This document shows, one piece after another, positions 19,978 through 30,047 of a DNA stretch of 64,000 bases. Position 1 is the stretch's first letter, and each line of letters opens with the position of its first letter. The position numbers and the translations under genes were made by a program. The notes beneath the pieces were generated by a model that saw only the letters and a program-made list of their open reading frames with translations, had not been told where the DNA came from and searched no databases. Source of the DNA: an uncultured Desulfarculus sp. (GTDB taxonomy: Bacteria > Desulfobacterota > Desulfarculia > Desulfarculales > Desulfarculaceae); assembly GCA_963665125.2 (NCBI GenBank), contig CAXXUK010000001.1, forward strand, positions 2,496,001-2,560,000, in the 5' to 3' direction.

Positions 19978-20321
19978 TGTCTTCCCTTTTTCCGAAAATC
20001 CTCTACTTTGGGGGGGTGCTTCACCGAAATTAATAACGGGGCTCTCACTTTTAAGCCGATTACCGCAATTGTCCAGTGCCGTATCGTCATACTATCTATA
20101 ATCACAGTCATATATGTCAACTCTTTTTGCGGCCCTATATTATTTTTTGACTCATTTTTCTAGTCACTGCGCAAATATGCAAAACATTAACAAAGCCGCT
20201 TGCCGATTTTTCCGTATTCACGGGGAATATCAAATGTCTGGCTGATCAGTAGTTGATATCGGCAATGGCCATGGTCCATGATGTATCAGTTAACAGGTTT
20301 CTGCCTACACAGGGGGTTAGC

Positions 20322-22718
20322 ATGAAATTTGTAAAGTGGATCTTGGGGTTAATCGGCCTGGCGGTCGTTGGCTGCCTGCTGTTCATCTGGCTGGGCCTAC
20401 CGGCCTTGAACAGCTACCAAATGGACGGCGTACTAAAGTTCAAAGGTTTACAGGCCAACGTCACCATTGTCCGCGACGCCAAAGGCATGCCCTATGTCCG
20501 GGCCGAAAACCTCCACGACCTGATCATGGGCCAGGGGTTTGCCGCTGCCCAGGACCGCATCTTCGGCATGGATATGCTCAGGCGTTTTTCAGCGGGCCGT
20601 CTCTCGGAGGTCCTGGGTAAAACGACCATGGGCCTGGACATGCGCCAACGGACCCTGGGTTTCAGGCGCAACGCCGAAAAATGGGCCGCCATCCTGGACG
20701 CGAAAAACCGCGATTACCTTCAAGCATATGCTGACGGCGTCAACGCGTTTATCGAACAATGCGGAAACGACCTGCCCCTGGAATTCAAGCTAATGGGCTA
20801 CAAGCCCGAGCCCTGGACAATTGAAGACACCCTGGCCGCGACCCTGTTAATGAGTTGGCAGTCGTCGGCCAACATGCGCAGCGAAATACTCGCCCTGGCC
20901 CTTCAGGAAAAGCTGGGCCCGGAGGCGGCCAAGGCCCTGTACCCCATCAACATCAACCCGGACGATCCGGACCCGGCCCTGACCTTGGAGGACACCCTGC
21001 CGCAGATAATGCCCCAGAGCGGTGTGGCTCTGAGCCGTGATCCCCTGCTCAGACGGATGCTGGAGCGGGGCAGATTGGAAGTGGGCAGCAACAACTGGGT
21101 GGTCGGGCCCTCCCGTTCCCCAGGCGGCAAACCAATTGTCGTTAACGACCCGCACCTGAAATCCAATGTACTGCCCGGACCGTGGTGGCCCTGCGGCCTG
21201 ATCTCGCCGGACATCAGGGCGGTGGGCACCAGTATTGCCGGCATTCCGGGCATCGTCTCCGGGCGGACCAGCCACATTGCAATCGGCGTGACCAATGCAT
21301 ATGGCGACGCCCAGGAACTCTACATCGAAACCATTGATCCCAAAGACCACGGACGCTACATGGAAGGCGATCAATCGGTTGCCTTTACCATTATTAATGA
21401 TGCGGTGCGCGTCAAAGATCCCGAGGCGCCGGGCGGCTTCACCAAACATGAACTCAAGATACGCCTGACCAAGCGCGGACCCATCATCAGCAAGATATTC
21501 CCCGTCTTGCCGCAGGACAAAGCCGTCAGCGTGCGTTGGGCGGCCTATGAAACATTTACGTCCACCATCGCCATGGGCGACTTGCTGCTGGCCAAAAACG
21601 CCCAGCAGGTCAGCGATGCCATCGGCGAAAATACATACCTATGCCTGAATTTCGTATTTGCCGACACCCAGGGCAATATCGGCTGGCGGGTCGGCGGCAG
21701 GTTGCCCATCCGCTCCCAAGGCGACGGCACCATGCCGCTACGGGTCACAGGCGGCGGCGACAACTGGGTGGGCATGGTTCCGGCGGCCGAGATGCCCCAG
21801 GCCATGAACCCCAAAAAAGGCTGGCTGGGCACGGCCAACCACTACACCGTCGAACGCGACTACCAGCACCATTACTCCAGCCATGCCGCGCCCGGCTGGC
21901 GCTACCGCCGGATGATCGAGGTCATCAACTCCAAACCCAAGATGAGCGTTGATGATCACTGGGCCTTGATGCTCGACACCAAGAACATGATGGCCGCCCG
22001 GCTTGCTCCGATAATGGCCAAGGCCCTGGCCGGCTCCGACGACACCAAGGCAATGGCCGACGTGCTGGCCAAGTGGGATTTCTTCGACCGGGCCGACTCG
22101 GCCGCAGCGATGATCTTTCAGTCGGTGTACCGCCAGTTCGCCTACAACACCTTTGCCGAAAAACTGGGTCCCGAACTCACCTGGCTGATGCTGGACAATA
22201 TGTATTGGTGGCAGGAGCGTCTGGCCATGATGGTCAGCAAGGGTCAAAGCCCCTGGTTCGGCCAGGGCGGAATGGACGAGCTGTTCCGGCGTTCGGCCCG
22301 GGAGGTGCTGGCCGAACTCGGCCCCAAGCTGGGCAACGACCCGGCCAAATGGAAGTGGGGCGAGTTGCACCGGCTGATCTTCGTCAGCCCCCTGCGCCGG
22401 GAGGGCACAGGGCGGGATCTGCTGGGCGGGGGGAACTTCGCCTACCCCGGCTCCCAGGAGACCCTGCTCCGGGCGATCTACACCTATTCCAAGCCGTATG
22501 AGACCGACGTGATCGCCTCTTTACGCATGGTCGCCGACCTTTCCGACAACGAAAAGGTGGAAGCCATATTGCCCGGCGGCGTCACCGGGCGGCAGTTTTC
22601 TCCCCATTTCCACGATCAGGTGCCGACTTTTGTCGATGGCGGCAAGGACTACTGGTGGTTCAGCGACAAGGCAATTGCTGATAACGCCCAGCACGAGTTG
22701 CTGCTGAAATCCGAATAA
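20322..22718 (+). CDS. Penicillin acylase family Ntn-hydrolase (peptidase S45), N-terminal signal/anchor
   Basis: IVRDAKGMPYV, GQGFAAAQDR, GSNNWVVG nucleophile, NDPHL; ATG 20322 after a G-rich RBS. Confidence 0.9.
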   Translation: MKFVKWILGLIGLAVVGCLLFIWLGLPALNSYQMDGVLKFKGLQANVTIVRDAKGMPYVRAENLHDLIMGQGFAAAQDRIFGMDMLRRFSAGRLSEVLGKTTMGLDMRQRTLGFRRNAEKWAAILDAKNRDYLQAYADGVNAFIEQCGNDLPLEFKLMGYKPEPWTIEDTLAATLLMSWQSSANMRSEILALALQEKLGPEAAKALYPININPDDPDPALTLEDTLPQIMPQSGVALSRDPLLRRMLERGRLEVGSNNWVVGPSRSPGGKPIVVNDPHLKSNVLPGPWWPCGLISPDIRAVGTSIAGIPGIVSGRTSHIAIGVTNAYGDAQELYIETIDPKDHGRYMEGDQSVAFTIINDAVRVKDPEAPGGFTKHELKIRLTKRGPIISKIFPVLPQDKAVSVRWAAYETFTSTIAMGDLLLAKNAQQVSDAIGENTYLCLNFVFADTQGNIGWRVGGRLPIRSQGDGTMPLRVTGGGDNWVGMVPAAEMPQAMNPKKGWLGTANHYTVERDYQHHYSSHAAPGWRYRRMIEVINSKPKMSVDDHWALMLDTKNMMAARLAPIMAKALAGSDDTKAMADVLAKWDFFDRADSAAAMIFQSVYRQFAYNTFAEKLGPELTWLMLDNMYWWQERLAMMVSKGQSPWFGQGGMDELFRRSAREVLAELGPKLGNDPAKWKWGELHRLIFVSPLRREGTGRDLLGGGNFAYPGSQETLLRAIYTYSKPYETDVIASLRMVADLSDNEKVEAILPGGVTGRQFSPHFHDQVPTFVDGGKDYWWFSDKAIADNAQHELLLKSE

Positions 22719-22737
22719 AGGACCGGCCGGGCCGTGG

Positions 22738-25698
22738 TCAAGGCACCATGGTCCGGCTTTCCCTCAACAGGCTTGAAAGGTCTTCACTGCTGAGCGGCTT
22801 GCTGAAATAGTAGCCCTGCATCTGGTCGCAACGCCGCTGCCTCAAGAATTCCAGTTGTTCCCTGGTCTCGACACCCTCGGCCACCACCTGCAAGTTCAGG
22901 CTGCGGCTCATTGATATGATCGTATTGACAATGGAGGCGTCGTCGGGGTCGTTGGCCACATCGGCCACGAACGAGCGGTCGATCTTGAGCGTGCTCATGG
23001 GAAAACGCTTGAGGTGGTAAAGGGAACTGTAGCCCCGGCCAAAATCGTCCATGGACAGGCGCAGGCCCAGATCCGTAAGGGCCCTCATGGTGATGATGGC
23101 ATCCTCTACGCTGTGCATGACCACGCTTTCGGTTATCTCCAGTTCCAGGCAATTCGGCGGCAGGCCGGTCTTTTGCAAAATCCGCTTGATCTGCCTTACC
23201 AGGTCCTTGTCCTGAAACTGCCTCGGCGACAGGTTTACGGCCACATGCAGATCGCCATGGCCCTGAGCGTGCCACTCCCGGGTTGTCTTGCAGGCCTGTT
23301 CCAGGACCCAGGCGCCCAGAGGTATTATCAGGCCCGTCTCCTCGCAGATGGGGATGAACTCGTCCGGCGGCACCAGGCCGTGGCCGGGCCTGCGCCACCG
23401 CACAAGTGCCTCCACGCCGACCATGCGCTGGTGCTGGACATCGACCTTGGGCTGGTAATAGACCTCGAACTCGCGGCGTTCCAAGGCCTTGCGCAGGTCG
23501 GCCTCCAACGACATGCGCCGCTGGACCTTGTCGTTCATGGCCGGTTTGAACAGCTTGTATTTGTTGCGGCCCTCTTCTTTGGCCCGGAACATGGCCAAAT
23601 CGGCGCAGGAAACCAGGACCTCGGGATCCCGGCCGTCGTGGGGGTACATGGCGATGCCGATGCTCGTGGTGACGAACAGCTCGCGTTCTCTGATGAAAAA
23701 CGGCTTGCTGAATGCCGCCAGCACCCGCCGGGCCACATTCACGGTGAAGTCCGGATCGACCGCTCCTTGGAGCAGGACAATGAACTCGTCGCCGCCGAGC
23801 CTGGCCACCGAGTCCTGCTCCCGGACCATGCCGGACAGTCTCTGGGCCACGCTTTGCAACAAAATGTCCCCGGTGGCATGTCCCAGGGAGTCATTGATGT
23901 TCTTGAAGTTGTCCAGATCCAAAAACAGCAGGGCCACGCCCTGGCCACTGCGCTGGGCCTGGGCAATGGCCATGGACAAACGGTCGTTGAACAGGCTGCG
24001 GTTGGGCAGACCGGTCAGGGCATCGTGATAGGCCTGGTGGGTGATGCGCTCCTCGCTGCGCTTGGCCTCGGTTATATCGTGGAAAACTCCGACATAGTGG
24101 GTCACGTTGCCCTGTTGATCCTGAATGCCGGTTATGTTTAGCCACTCGGGGTAGGCTTCGCCATTGCGGCGGCGGTTCCAGATTTCGCCCTGCCAATGGC
24201 CTTGTTTTGTGAGTTCGCGCCACATCTGCTCGTAATAGCGCGAATCATGCCTGCCCGAAGACAGCATGGACGGCTTTTTACCGATGGCTTGGTCCCTCTT
24301 GTAGCCGGTGATGGCCACGAACGCGTCGTTGACCATCTCGATAACGCCCTGGATGTTGGTAACCATGATGCCTTCGACAGTGTTTTCAAAGACCCTGGCC
24401 AAAAGGCGCATCTGTTCTTCCGAGGCCCGCATTTCGGTGATGTCCTGGACAGCGCCGACCAATGATACGGTGTGGCCGCCCTCATCGCGGATGGCGCTTA
24501 CCACCTGACGGAGAATCCTCTGTTTGCCGCCGCCTATCACAACCCTGTGCTCGAAGCTTACGGCCCGGTCGAGATGCAGGGTGCTGTCTATGCAATCCTG
24601 GACGTATTGGGCGTCCTCCGGGTGAAAGCTCGCCAGGATTTTATCCAGCAAATTGTCCTGGTTTCGCGGCAATATACCGTAGATGTTCAAGATTTCCGGC
24701 GAGCAGGTGAACCTGTCGTCCCTGATGCGCAGCTCCCAATTGCCCAGGCCGGCCAGTTTCTGGGCCCGGGCCAGACTGGCCTCGCTGTTGCGCAGGGCCC
24801 GTTCGGCCCTCATCTGGCGGGTCATGTCCTTGAGCATGCCGACCATGCCCACCAGCTTGCCCTCGCCGTCAAAGTTAGGCGCCCCGCTCATTGCGAAGTG
24901 GCGCTCACGGCCTTGCTTGTCCACCAGAGGCCGGGTCACGTACAGGGTCTGTTTGCCGTCCCGAACCGTCTTGAACAATTTGCGGAATTCCGTGTCTTGG
25001 CCCTTTGGGGCAAAATCCACGAAATAATGTCCGATGACCTCGCCCGGTTCATGGCCCAAAATGCGCCGCCAGGCCTTGTTGACATAGGTGAAGGCGCCAT
25101 CTGGTCCAAGCGTGTAGATGATGTCCGGCGCGTTTTCACTAAGACTGCGGAACCGCTCTTCGCTCTGCCGGAGCGCCTCTTCCGAGCGCCGGCGCGCCGT
25201 CACATCCTCGACAACGCCATCCACCCAGCGGGGTTTTCCGTTGCCGTCAAAGTGGACAGCGGCGCTTACGCTGGCCCAGAAGATCTCCCCGCCCTTGCGG
25301 AGAAGGGGCAGTTCAAAGTTCCGCACGAAACGGGCCTTGATGATCTCCCTGGTAAAAAACAACCTCTCCTTTGGCTCGGGATACAGCAAGCCCATTGGCA
25401 CCTGGAGAAATTCCTCCACCGAGTCATAGCCGGCCATCTCGGCCAATGCCGGATTGGCCATGACAAAGGCGCCTTCGCCATCAACGGTCAAACGAAATAC
25501 GCCGACGTTGAGGTTGTCGAAAAGGCCGAGCATGCTGCTTTTAGCGTTGTTTCTCGGGGCCAGGCCGTCACCCTGTCTGGCGGCGGCAAGTACTCCTTCC
25601 TGCGTGGAAAGCAACTCAGCCGTCAGATTCTTGATTTTTTGCAGTGCATGCTGTAGTTGGCGTGAAAGGTCCAAGGAATCAGAGTTGGTAGGGGGCAT
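22738..25698 (-). CDS. Multi-PAS diguanylate cyclase/phosphodiesterase (GGDEF-EAL)
   Basis: Four PAS-like repeats, REQD I-site, GGDEF, EAL, DDFGRGYSS, AEGVE, QGYYF. Confidence 0.95.
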   Translation of the reverse strand: MPPTNSDSLDLSRQLQHALQKIKNLTAELLSTQEGVLAAARQGDGLAPRNNAKSSMLGLFDNLNVGVFRLTVDGEGAFVMANPALAEMAGYDSVEEFLQVPMGLLYPEPKERLFFTREIIKARFVRNFELPLLRKGGEIFWASVSAAVHFDGNGKPRWVDGVVEDVTARRRSEEALRQSEERFRSLSENAPDIIYTLGPDGAFTYVNKAWRRILGHEPGEVIGHYFVDFAPKGQDTEFRKLFKTVRDGKQTLYVTRPLVDKQGRERHFAMSGAPNFDGEGKLVGMVGMLKDMTRQMRAERALRNSEASLARAQKLAGLGNWELRIRDDRFTCSPEILNIYGILPRNQDNLLDKILASFHPEDAQYVQDCIDSTLHLDRAVSFEHRVVIGGGKQRILRQVVSAIRDEGGHTVSLVGAVQDITEMRASEEQMRLLARVFENTVEGIMVTNIQGVIEMVNDAFVAITGYKRDQAIGKKPSMLSSGRHDSRYYEQMWRELTKQGHWQGEIWNRRRNGEAYPEWLNITGIQDQQGNVTHYVGVFHDITEAKRSEERITHQAYHDALTGLPNRSLFNDRLSMAIAQAQRSGQGVALLFLDLDNFKNINDSLGHATGDILLQSVAQRLSGMVREQDSVARLGGDEFIVLLQGAVDPDFTVNVARRVLAAFSKPFFIRERELFVTTSIGIAMYPHDGRDPEVLVSCADLAMFRAKEEGRNKYKLFKPAMNDKVQRRMSLEADLRKALERREFEVYYQPKVDVQHQRMVGVEALVRWRRPGHGLVPPDEFIPICEETGLIIPLGAWVLEQACKTTREWHAQGHGDLHVAVNLSPRQFQDKDLVRQIKRILQKTGLPPNCLELEITESVVMHSVEDAIITMRALTDLGLRLSMDDFGRGYSSLYHLKRFPMSTLKIDRSFVADVANDPDDASIVNTIISMSRSLNLQVVAEGVETREQLEFLRQRRCDQMQGYYFSKPLSSEDLSSLLRESRTMVP

Positions 25699-25926
25699 CT
25701 ACTACCTCTTGGCATTTCCGTCAGCCGCTGGAAATTGATAACCGCGTAAATAACTTTTTCACATCACCGCGAAATCACTGAACATCGCCAGGCACCAATA
25801 CAATGCCAAAAAATGATCATAAAGGTCAACCCCTTCTATGGTTCCATTTGCACTTGGAGACATATTGGCCTAAGCTGCGATTGATACTAAGCAAATGCGA
25901 ATTGTGCAGGTGAGTGGAGACGTATT

Positions 25927-26388
25927 GTGTGCAAAATAATGGTTATTTTCCATAGCCAATCGGGCCACACGGAGCGCATGGCGAGGCAGGTCGCCGACGG
26001 CGTGGCTTCCATAGAAAACGTTGAGCTGATGTATAAAAAGGCCTCCGAGGCCACCCTGGACGACCTGTTGCAGTGCGACGGCCTGGCCATAGGATCACCG
26101 GAATACTTCGGCTATATGGCAGGCATGGTTAAAGATTTCTTTGACCGCACCTATGAGCGGGCAAGGGGCCGCAAAGAGATATTCAAAAAACCGTACGTGG
26201 TCTTTGTCAGCGCGGGCAACGACGGCACCCAGGCCGTATTCCAGATCGAACGCATCGCCCTGGGATACCAATTCAAAAAGGTGTATGAGCCGGTGGTGGC
26301 CGTCGGCGACCTAACCGACGACGACCTGGCCAAATGCCTTGAACTGGGCCAGACCCTGGCGGCGGGCTGCCAAGCGGGCATCTATTAA
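25927..26388 (+). CDS. Flavodoxin/WrbA-like flavoprotein
   Basis: HSQSGHTERMA FMN loop, GSPEYFG. Confidence 0.85.
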   Translation: MCKIMVIFHSQSGHTERMARQVADGVASIENVELMYKKASEATLDDLLQCDGLAIGSPEYFGYMAGMVKDFFDRTYERARGRKEIFKKPYVVFVSAGNDGTQAVFQIERIALGYQFKKVYEPVVAVGDLTDDDLAKCLELGQTLAAGCQAGIY

Positions 26389-26395
26389 TAGTAGG

Positions 26396-27535
26396 CTAGG
26401 CCCACTTGTCGCCGTAGCCAAGGGCCAGGGCCGCGCAGGCAAGGCCCAGGATTTCGGCGTCGGTGGCCCCGGCGCGGGGGGCCAGCCTCCGGCGGTAGTC
26501 CGGCAGCCGGTCATGCTTACCGCTGACGGCCGCGGCCAGCACGGCGGCCTGGGCGGCAATTGCTTCCGGAGCGGCCTCTGGCGGCAAAACGCCCCAGACC
26601 AATTTGTCGCTGATGTGCATCAGGGCGGCGGCGGCGGCCACGGTGATTGGATCGCGGTTGATGGCGTCGTAATTCTGCCGAAACAGCAGGGCAAGGTCGG
26701 GCGCGAGGTTTGAGGCCACGGCGTCTTCAAAGGCCTGCCTGTCGGCCCCCAGGCGCTCCAGGTGGACCCGGCAGGAGCATTGTCCACCGGGCGTCAGTTC
26801 GTTTTGCAGGGCCAGGGTCTTGCCCAGCGATTCCATGACGACTTCGGCTATCAGCTGGCCCAGCTTGGTGTGCTTGGTGGGGCTGGTGACCGGCGCGCCG
26901 CCTAGGCGGCTGGCGATGACGATCTGATCGGTGCCGGTGCCCGTTGCCGGTCCGCCGCCATAGCGCGAATTGATGCCCAGTTCCTGCAACTTGGCCGTTT
27001 TGGCCTCGGCGGCCATGACCACGGCCCTGACCATGGCCCCAGGGGTGAGTTCCTGACTGATGAAGATCATGGCGTTGATGGTGCCGTGGCGGGGCGGCTC
27101 ATCGGTTTCCAGAAACTCGAACTCGCCGTCGTGCTCGTGATAGAGTGCCCTGTCCCCGGCCCTTCCGGCGTTGCCCTCCACCCCGGCGGTCTGGACGCAG
27201 GCCACGCTTAGCTCACGAAACGATGCCGTTGCAATGGCCGCGTTGTTCATATTGGCGGCCGTGGCCAGCCCGGCGCTTTTTTCGGGGGGTAACCCGGCGG
27301 CCTCACACACCACCATCCGGTAGGCCAGGGGGTCGCGCCAGGCATTGGCCTGTTCGTTGTGGTGTTCGCCGCAGGGCTCACAGACCTGATGGTTGTAGAC
27401 GTATTCCAGGTCATCGGTGATGCCCCCGGCCGCCCGGCAGGTGGATATCACCCGGTGCGGCGTAAGGAGTCGCCCATAGATGATCTTTTCGCCACGGTGG
27501 ATTTCCACGCCGTCATAATATGAGCCCAGCAGCAT
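26396..27535 (-). CDS. cbiZ: Adenosylcobinamide amidohydrolase
   Basis: TAANM, TAGVEGNAGRAGD, GTIN, ATGTGTDQ; adjacent to cobalamin riboswitch and btuB. Confidence 0.82.
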   Translation of the reverse strand: MLLGSYYDGVEIHRGEKIIYGRLLTPHRVISTCRAAGGITDDLEYVYNHQVCEPCGEHHNEQANAWRDPLAYRMVVCEAAGLPPEKSAGLATAANMNNAAIATASFRELSVACVQTAGVEGNAGRAGDRALYHEHDGEFEFLETDEPPRHGTINAMIFISQELTPGAMVRAVVMAAEAKTAKLQELGINSRYGGGPATGTGTDQIVIASRLGGAPVTSPTKHTKLGQLIAEVVMESLGKTLALQNELTPGGQCSCRVHLERLGADRQAFEDAVASNLAPDLALLFRQNYDAINRDPITVAAAAALMHISDKLVWGVLPPEAAPEAIAAQAAVLAAAVSGKHDRLPDYRRRLAPRAGATDAEILGLACAALALGYGDKWA

Positions 27536-27644
27536 AGCCAATCTCCCTATTTAGCAAAATCAGGCCAATCATAGGCCAAGAGGCTTGTTTGTGCAAATAT
27601 GCGCTTGACATGCCCTATATTATGACATAGAGGTTACGCAGATA

Positions 27645-27810
27645 TTCGTGGCAGTACCCATTGGGGTATAAACGGGAAGACGGTGCGAATCCGTCGCGGT
27701 CCCGCCGCTGTAACCGGGAACGAAAACCGCAAATCAAGGCCACTGGTGGCTAAACCACTGGGAAGGCGCGGCAAGTAGGACGATCCGGAAGCCAGAAGAC
27801 CTGCTGCTTA
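27645..27810 (+). ncRNA. Cobalamin riboswitch aptamer
   Basis: GGGAA-gacGGTGcgAATCCgtcgCGGtcCCGCCgCTGTAA ... GCCACTG ... GGGAAGG ... AGCCAGAAGACCTGC (B12 box). Confidence 0.93.
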
Positions 27811-27908
27811 CGATGCAACGCTTTTTACCGGCGATGAACCGGTGTTGGCGCTCTCCCACGGAGGCATCAACAGGCGTTGCCGCCCGGGAGATAAAGAAGC
27901 AGGGTGCA

Positions 27909-27946
27909 GTCCCCGGTCCATTTTGATGGGCTGGGGATTTTTTATT
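27909..27946 (+). terminator. Intrinsic terminator in btuB leader (riboswitch expression platform)
   Basis: GTCCCCGGTCCAT-tttg-ATGGGCTGGGGAT followed by a T-run, before the btuB RBS. Confidence 0.75.
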
Positions 27947-27983
27947 CCCAGCCAAGGCGAACCAAGAAAAAGGGAGATTCAAC

Positions 27984-29963
27984 ATGAAGAAGCTGGCGCG
28001 CATTTGGGCAATTTGCTGCGCATTGGCCCTTATTGGCTCCTCGGCCGCCTTTGCCGACCAGGACCAAGCGAAAACCGAGGTTAAGCTGCCGGACACTTCG
28101 GTCTCGGCAACCCGTTGGGAGCAAAACATCGAAAAACTGCCCCGCAACGTGGACATCATCACCCGTGACTACATCGAAAAGGTCAACCCCATGACCGTGC
28201 CGGACCTGCTCAAGGGCCTGCCCGGCATCTATGTCCAGGAACTCAACGGCTACGGCACCCAGGCCACGGTCACCATGCGCGGCTTTGGTGAAAACGGCGG
28301 ATTGCGCGTACTGGTCACGGTGGATGGCAGGCGGCAGAACCTGCTGGACCTCAACGGCCATGACTGGAGCACCATCCCTGTGGAAAACATCGAGCGCATC
28401 GAGATCCTGCACGGCGCGGCCGGTGTGGTCTATGGCGACAATGCCGTGGGCGGCGTGATCAACATCATCACCCGCAAGGGCAAGGGCCCCATGAAGGGCA
28501 ACGTCAAGGCCCAGTACGGCAGCCACGAAATGTACGGCTTTGCCGGTGATTTCGAGGGCTCCGCTGATATGGTCGACTGGTTTGTCAGCGCCCGCTACGA
28601 CGACACCGAGGGCTACCGCGAAAACAACCAGACCAGGGTCAAGGGCGGTTACTTCAACGCGGCCGTCACCCCCAACAAGGTCTTCAGCATCCGGGTCGAC
28701 GGCGCCATCAATGAAACCGATTTCGGCGTTCCGGGCAGCCTGACCGTGGCCCAGGCCGACCGCGACCGCACCCAGACCGCCTTCCCCAACGCTTATTACG
28801 ATAACAAGAACCAGGCTATCGCGGCCCTTTTCACCGGCGACTTCCAAAATTGCGGCGTGCTGACCCTGGACCTGGCCTACCGCAAGTGGCAGTCGGAAAG
28901 CGACTACTGGACCTATTACGACCAGGACGCCAAGTACTACGCCGTGCAGCCCAAGTATGTCCTGGACAGCGACTTCGGTTCCCTGGCCAACCGCGTCACC
29001 GCCGGTGTCGACTACTACAAATGGGACATGGAAGGCAAGTACGTCTCCAGTTGGACCGGCACGGCCAACCACGACAACACGCTCAATTCCTTTGGCGCCT
29101 ATCTTTTAGACGAGTTCTCGATCACCAAAAACATCGTCTTGCAGGCCGGCGCCCGCTACCAGAAGCAGGACTACACCCTGGAAACCACCCCCGAGGGCGG
29201 CAGCACGGCCAAGTATGAGCCCGACGACGACCGTTGGGCCTGGACCGCCGGCGTGGCCTGGAACTTCATGCCCGGCTCCAAGGTCTTCGGCCGGGTGGCC
29301 AGCGCCTTCCGCTATCCCTCGGTCGACGAATACTCATCGGTTTCCAGCACCACTTTCTGGGAAGTGGAGCCCGAGAAATCCCTCACCTATGAACTGGGCG
29401 TGGAGTGGGCCTTCATGACCGGTGCCCGGGTCGGCGTTACCGCCTACTTGATGAACATGGAAGACGAGATCGCCTACAACAGCGTCACTTGGGCCAACGA
29501 AAACCTCGACGACACCCGCCACCAGGGCGTCGAGGCCTCGCTGCACGTGCCGGTGTGTGACTGGGCCTATGCCTTCGGCAGCCTGACCTATCAGGACGCC
29601 GAATTCACCAAGGGCGCCAATGACGGCAAGACCGTGCCCCTGGTGCCCGAGTGGATGGCCAGCATCGGCGTCAACGTCGAGCCCATCGCCAACCTCAACA
29701 TCCTGGTGCGCTGGATGTTCGTGGGCGAGCGCTACTACGGCGGCGACTATGGCAACGTTTCCGAGAAGATGGACTCCTTCAACACCTTCGATGCCTCGGT
29801 CAGCTACAAGTATGACCGCTACAAGGTGTTCTTCAACGCCAAGAATATCTTCAGCGAGAAGTACTCCACCAGCGGCTGGTACGGCTACAGTACGCCCGAC
29901 CAGAATACGGTCAACCCCATGCCCGAAGCAGAGGTCTGGGGCGGCATAGCCATCGAGCTGTAA
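27984..29963 (+). CDS. btuB: TonB-dependent outer-membrane receptor, probable cobalamin transporter
   Basis: Signal peptide, VSATR TonB box, IERIEILHG..YG.NAVGGVINIIT plug; riboswitch upstream. Confidence 0.85.
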   Translation: MKKLARIWAICCALALIGSSAAFADQDQAKTEVKLPDTSVSATRWEQNIEKLPRNVDIITRDYIEKVNPMTVPDLLKGLPGIYVQELNGYGTQATVTMRGFGENGGLRVLVTVDGRRQNLLDLNGHDWSTIPVENIERIEILHGAAGVVYGDNAVGGVINIITRKGKGPMKGNVKAQYGSHEMYGFAGDFEGSADMVDWFVSARYDDTEGYRENNQTRVKGGYFNAAVTPNKVFSIRVDGAINETDFGVPGSLTVAQADRDRTQTAFPNAYYDNKNQAIAALFTGDFQNCGVLTLDLAYRKWQSESDYWTYYDQDAKYYAVQPKYVLDSDFGSLANRVTAGVDYYKWDMEGKYVSSWTGTANHDNTLNSFGAYLLDEFSITKNIVLQAGARYQKQDYTLETTPEGGSTAKYEPDDDRWAWTAGVAWNFMPGSKVFGRVASAFRYPSVDEYSSVSSTTFWEVEPEKSLTYELGVEWAFMTGARVGVTAYLMNMEDEIAYNSVTWANENLDDTRHQGVEASLHVPVCDWAYAFGSLTYQDAEFTKGANDGKTVPLVPEWMASIGVNVEPIANLNILVRWMFVGERYYGGDYGNVSEKMDSFNTFDASVSYKYDRYKVFFNAKNIFSEKYSTSGWYGYSTPDQNTVNPMPEAEVWGGIAIEL

Positions 29964-29993
29964 ACGATAGTAAGACCTGATCCCTTCTCAACC

Positions 29994-30035
29994 GCCGGGG
30001 CCTTTCTCTTTATCGAGCAGGGCCCCGGCTTTTTA
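29994..30035 (+). terminator. Intrinsic terminator after btuB
   Basis: GCCGGGGCCT...GGGCCCCGGC-TTTTT. Confidence 0.75.
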
Positions 30036-30047
30036 TGCGGCTAGGTG

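Noticed and set aside
27842..28084. 80-aa ORF in the btuB leader
   Set aside because: Crosses the riboswitch terminator and overlaps btuB out of frame
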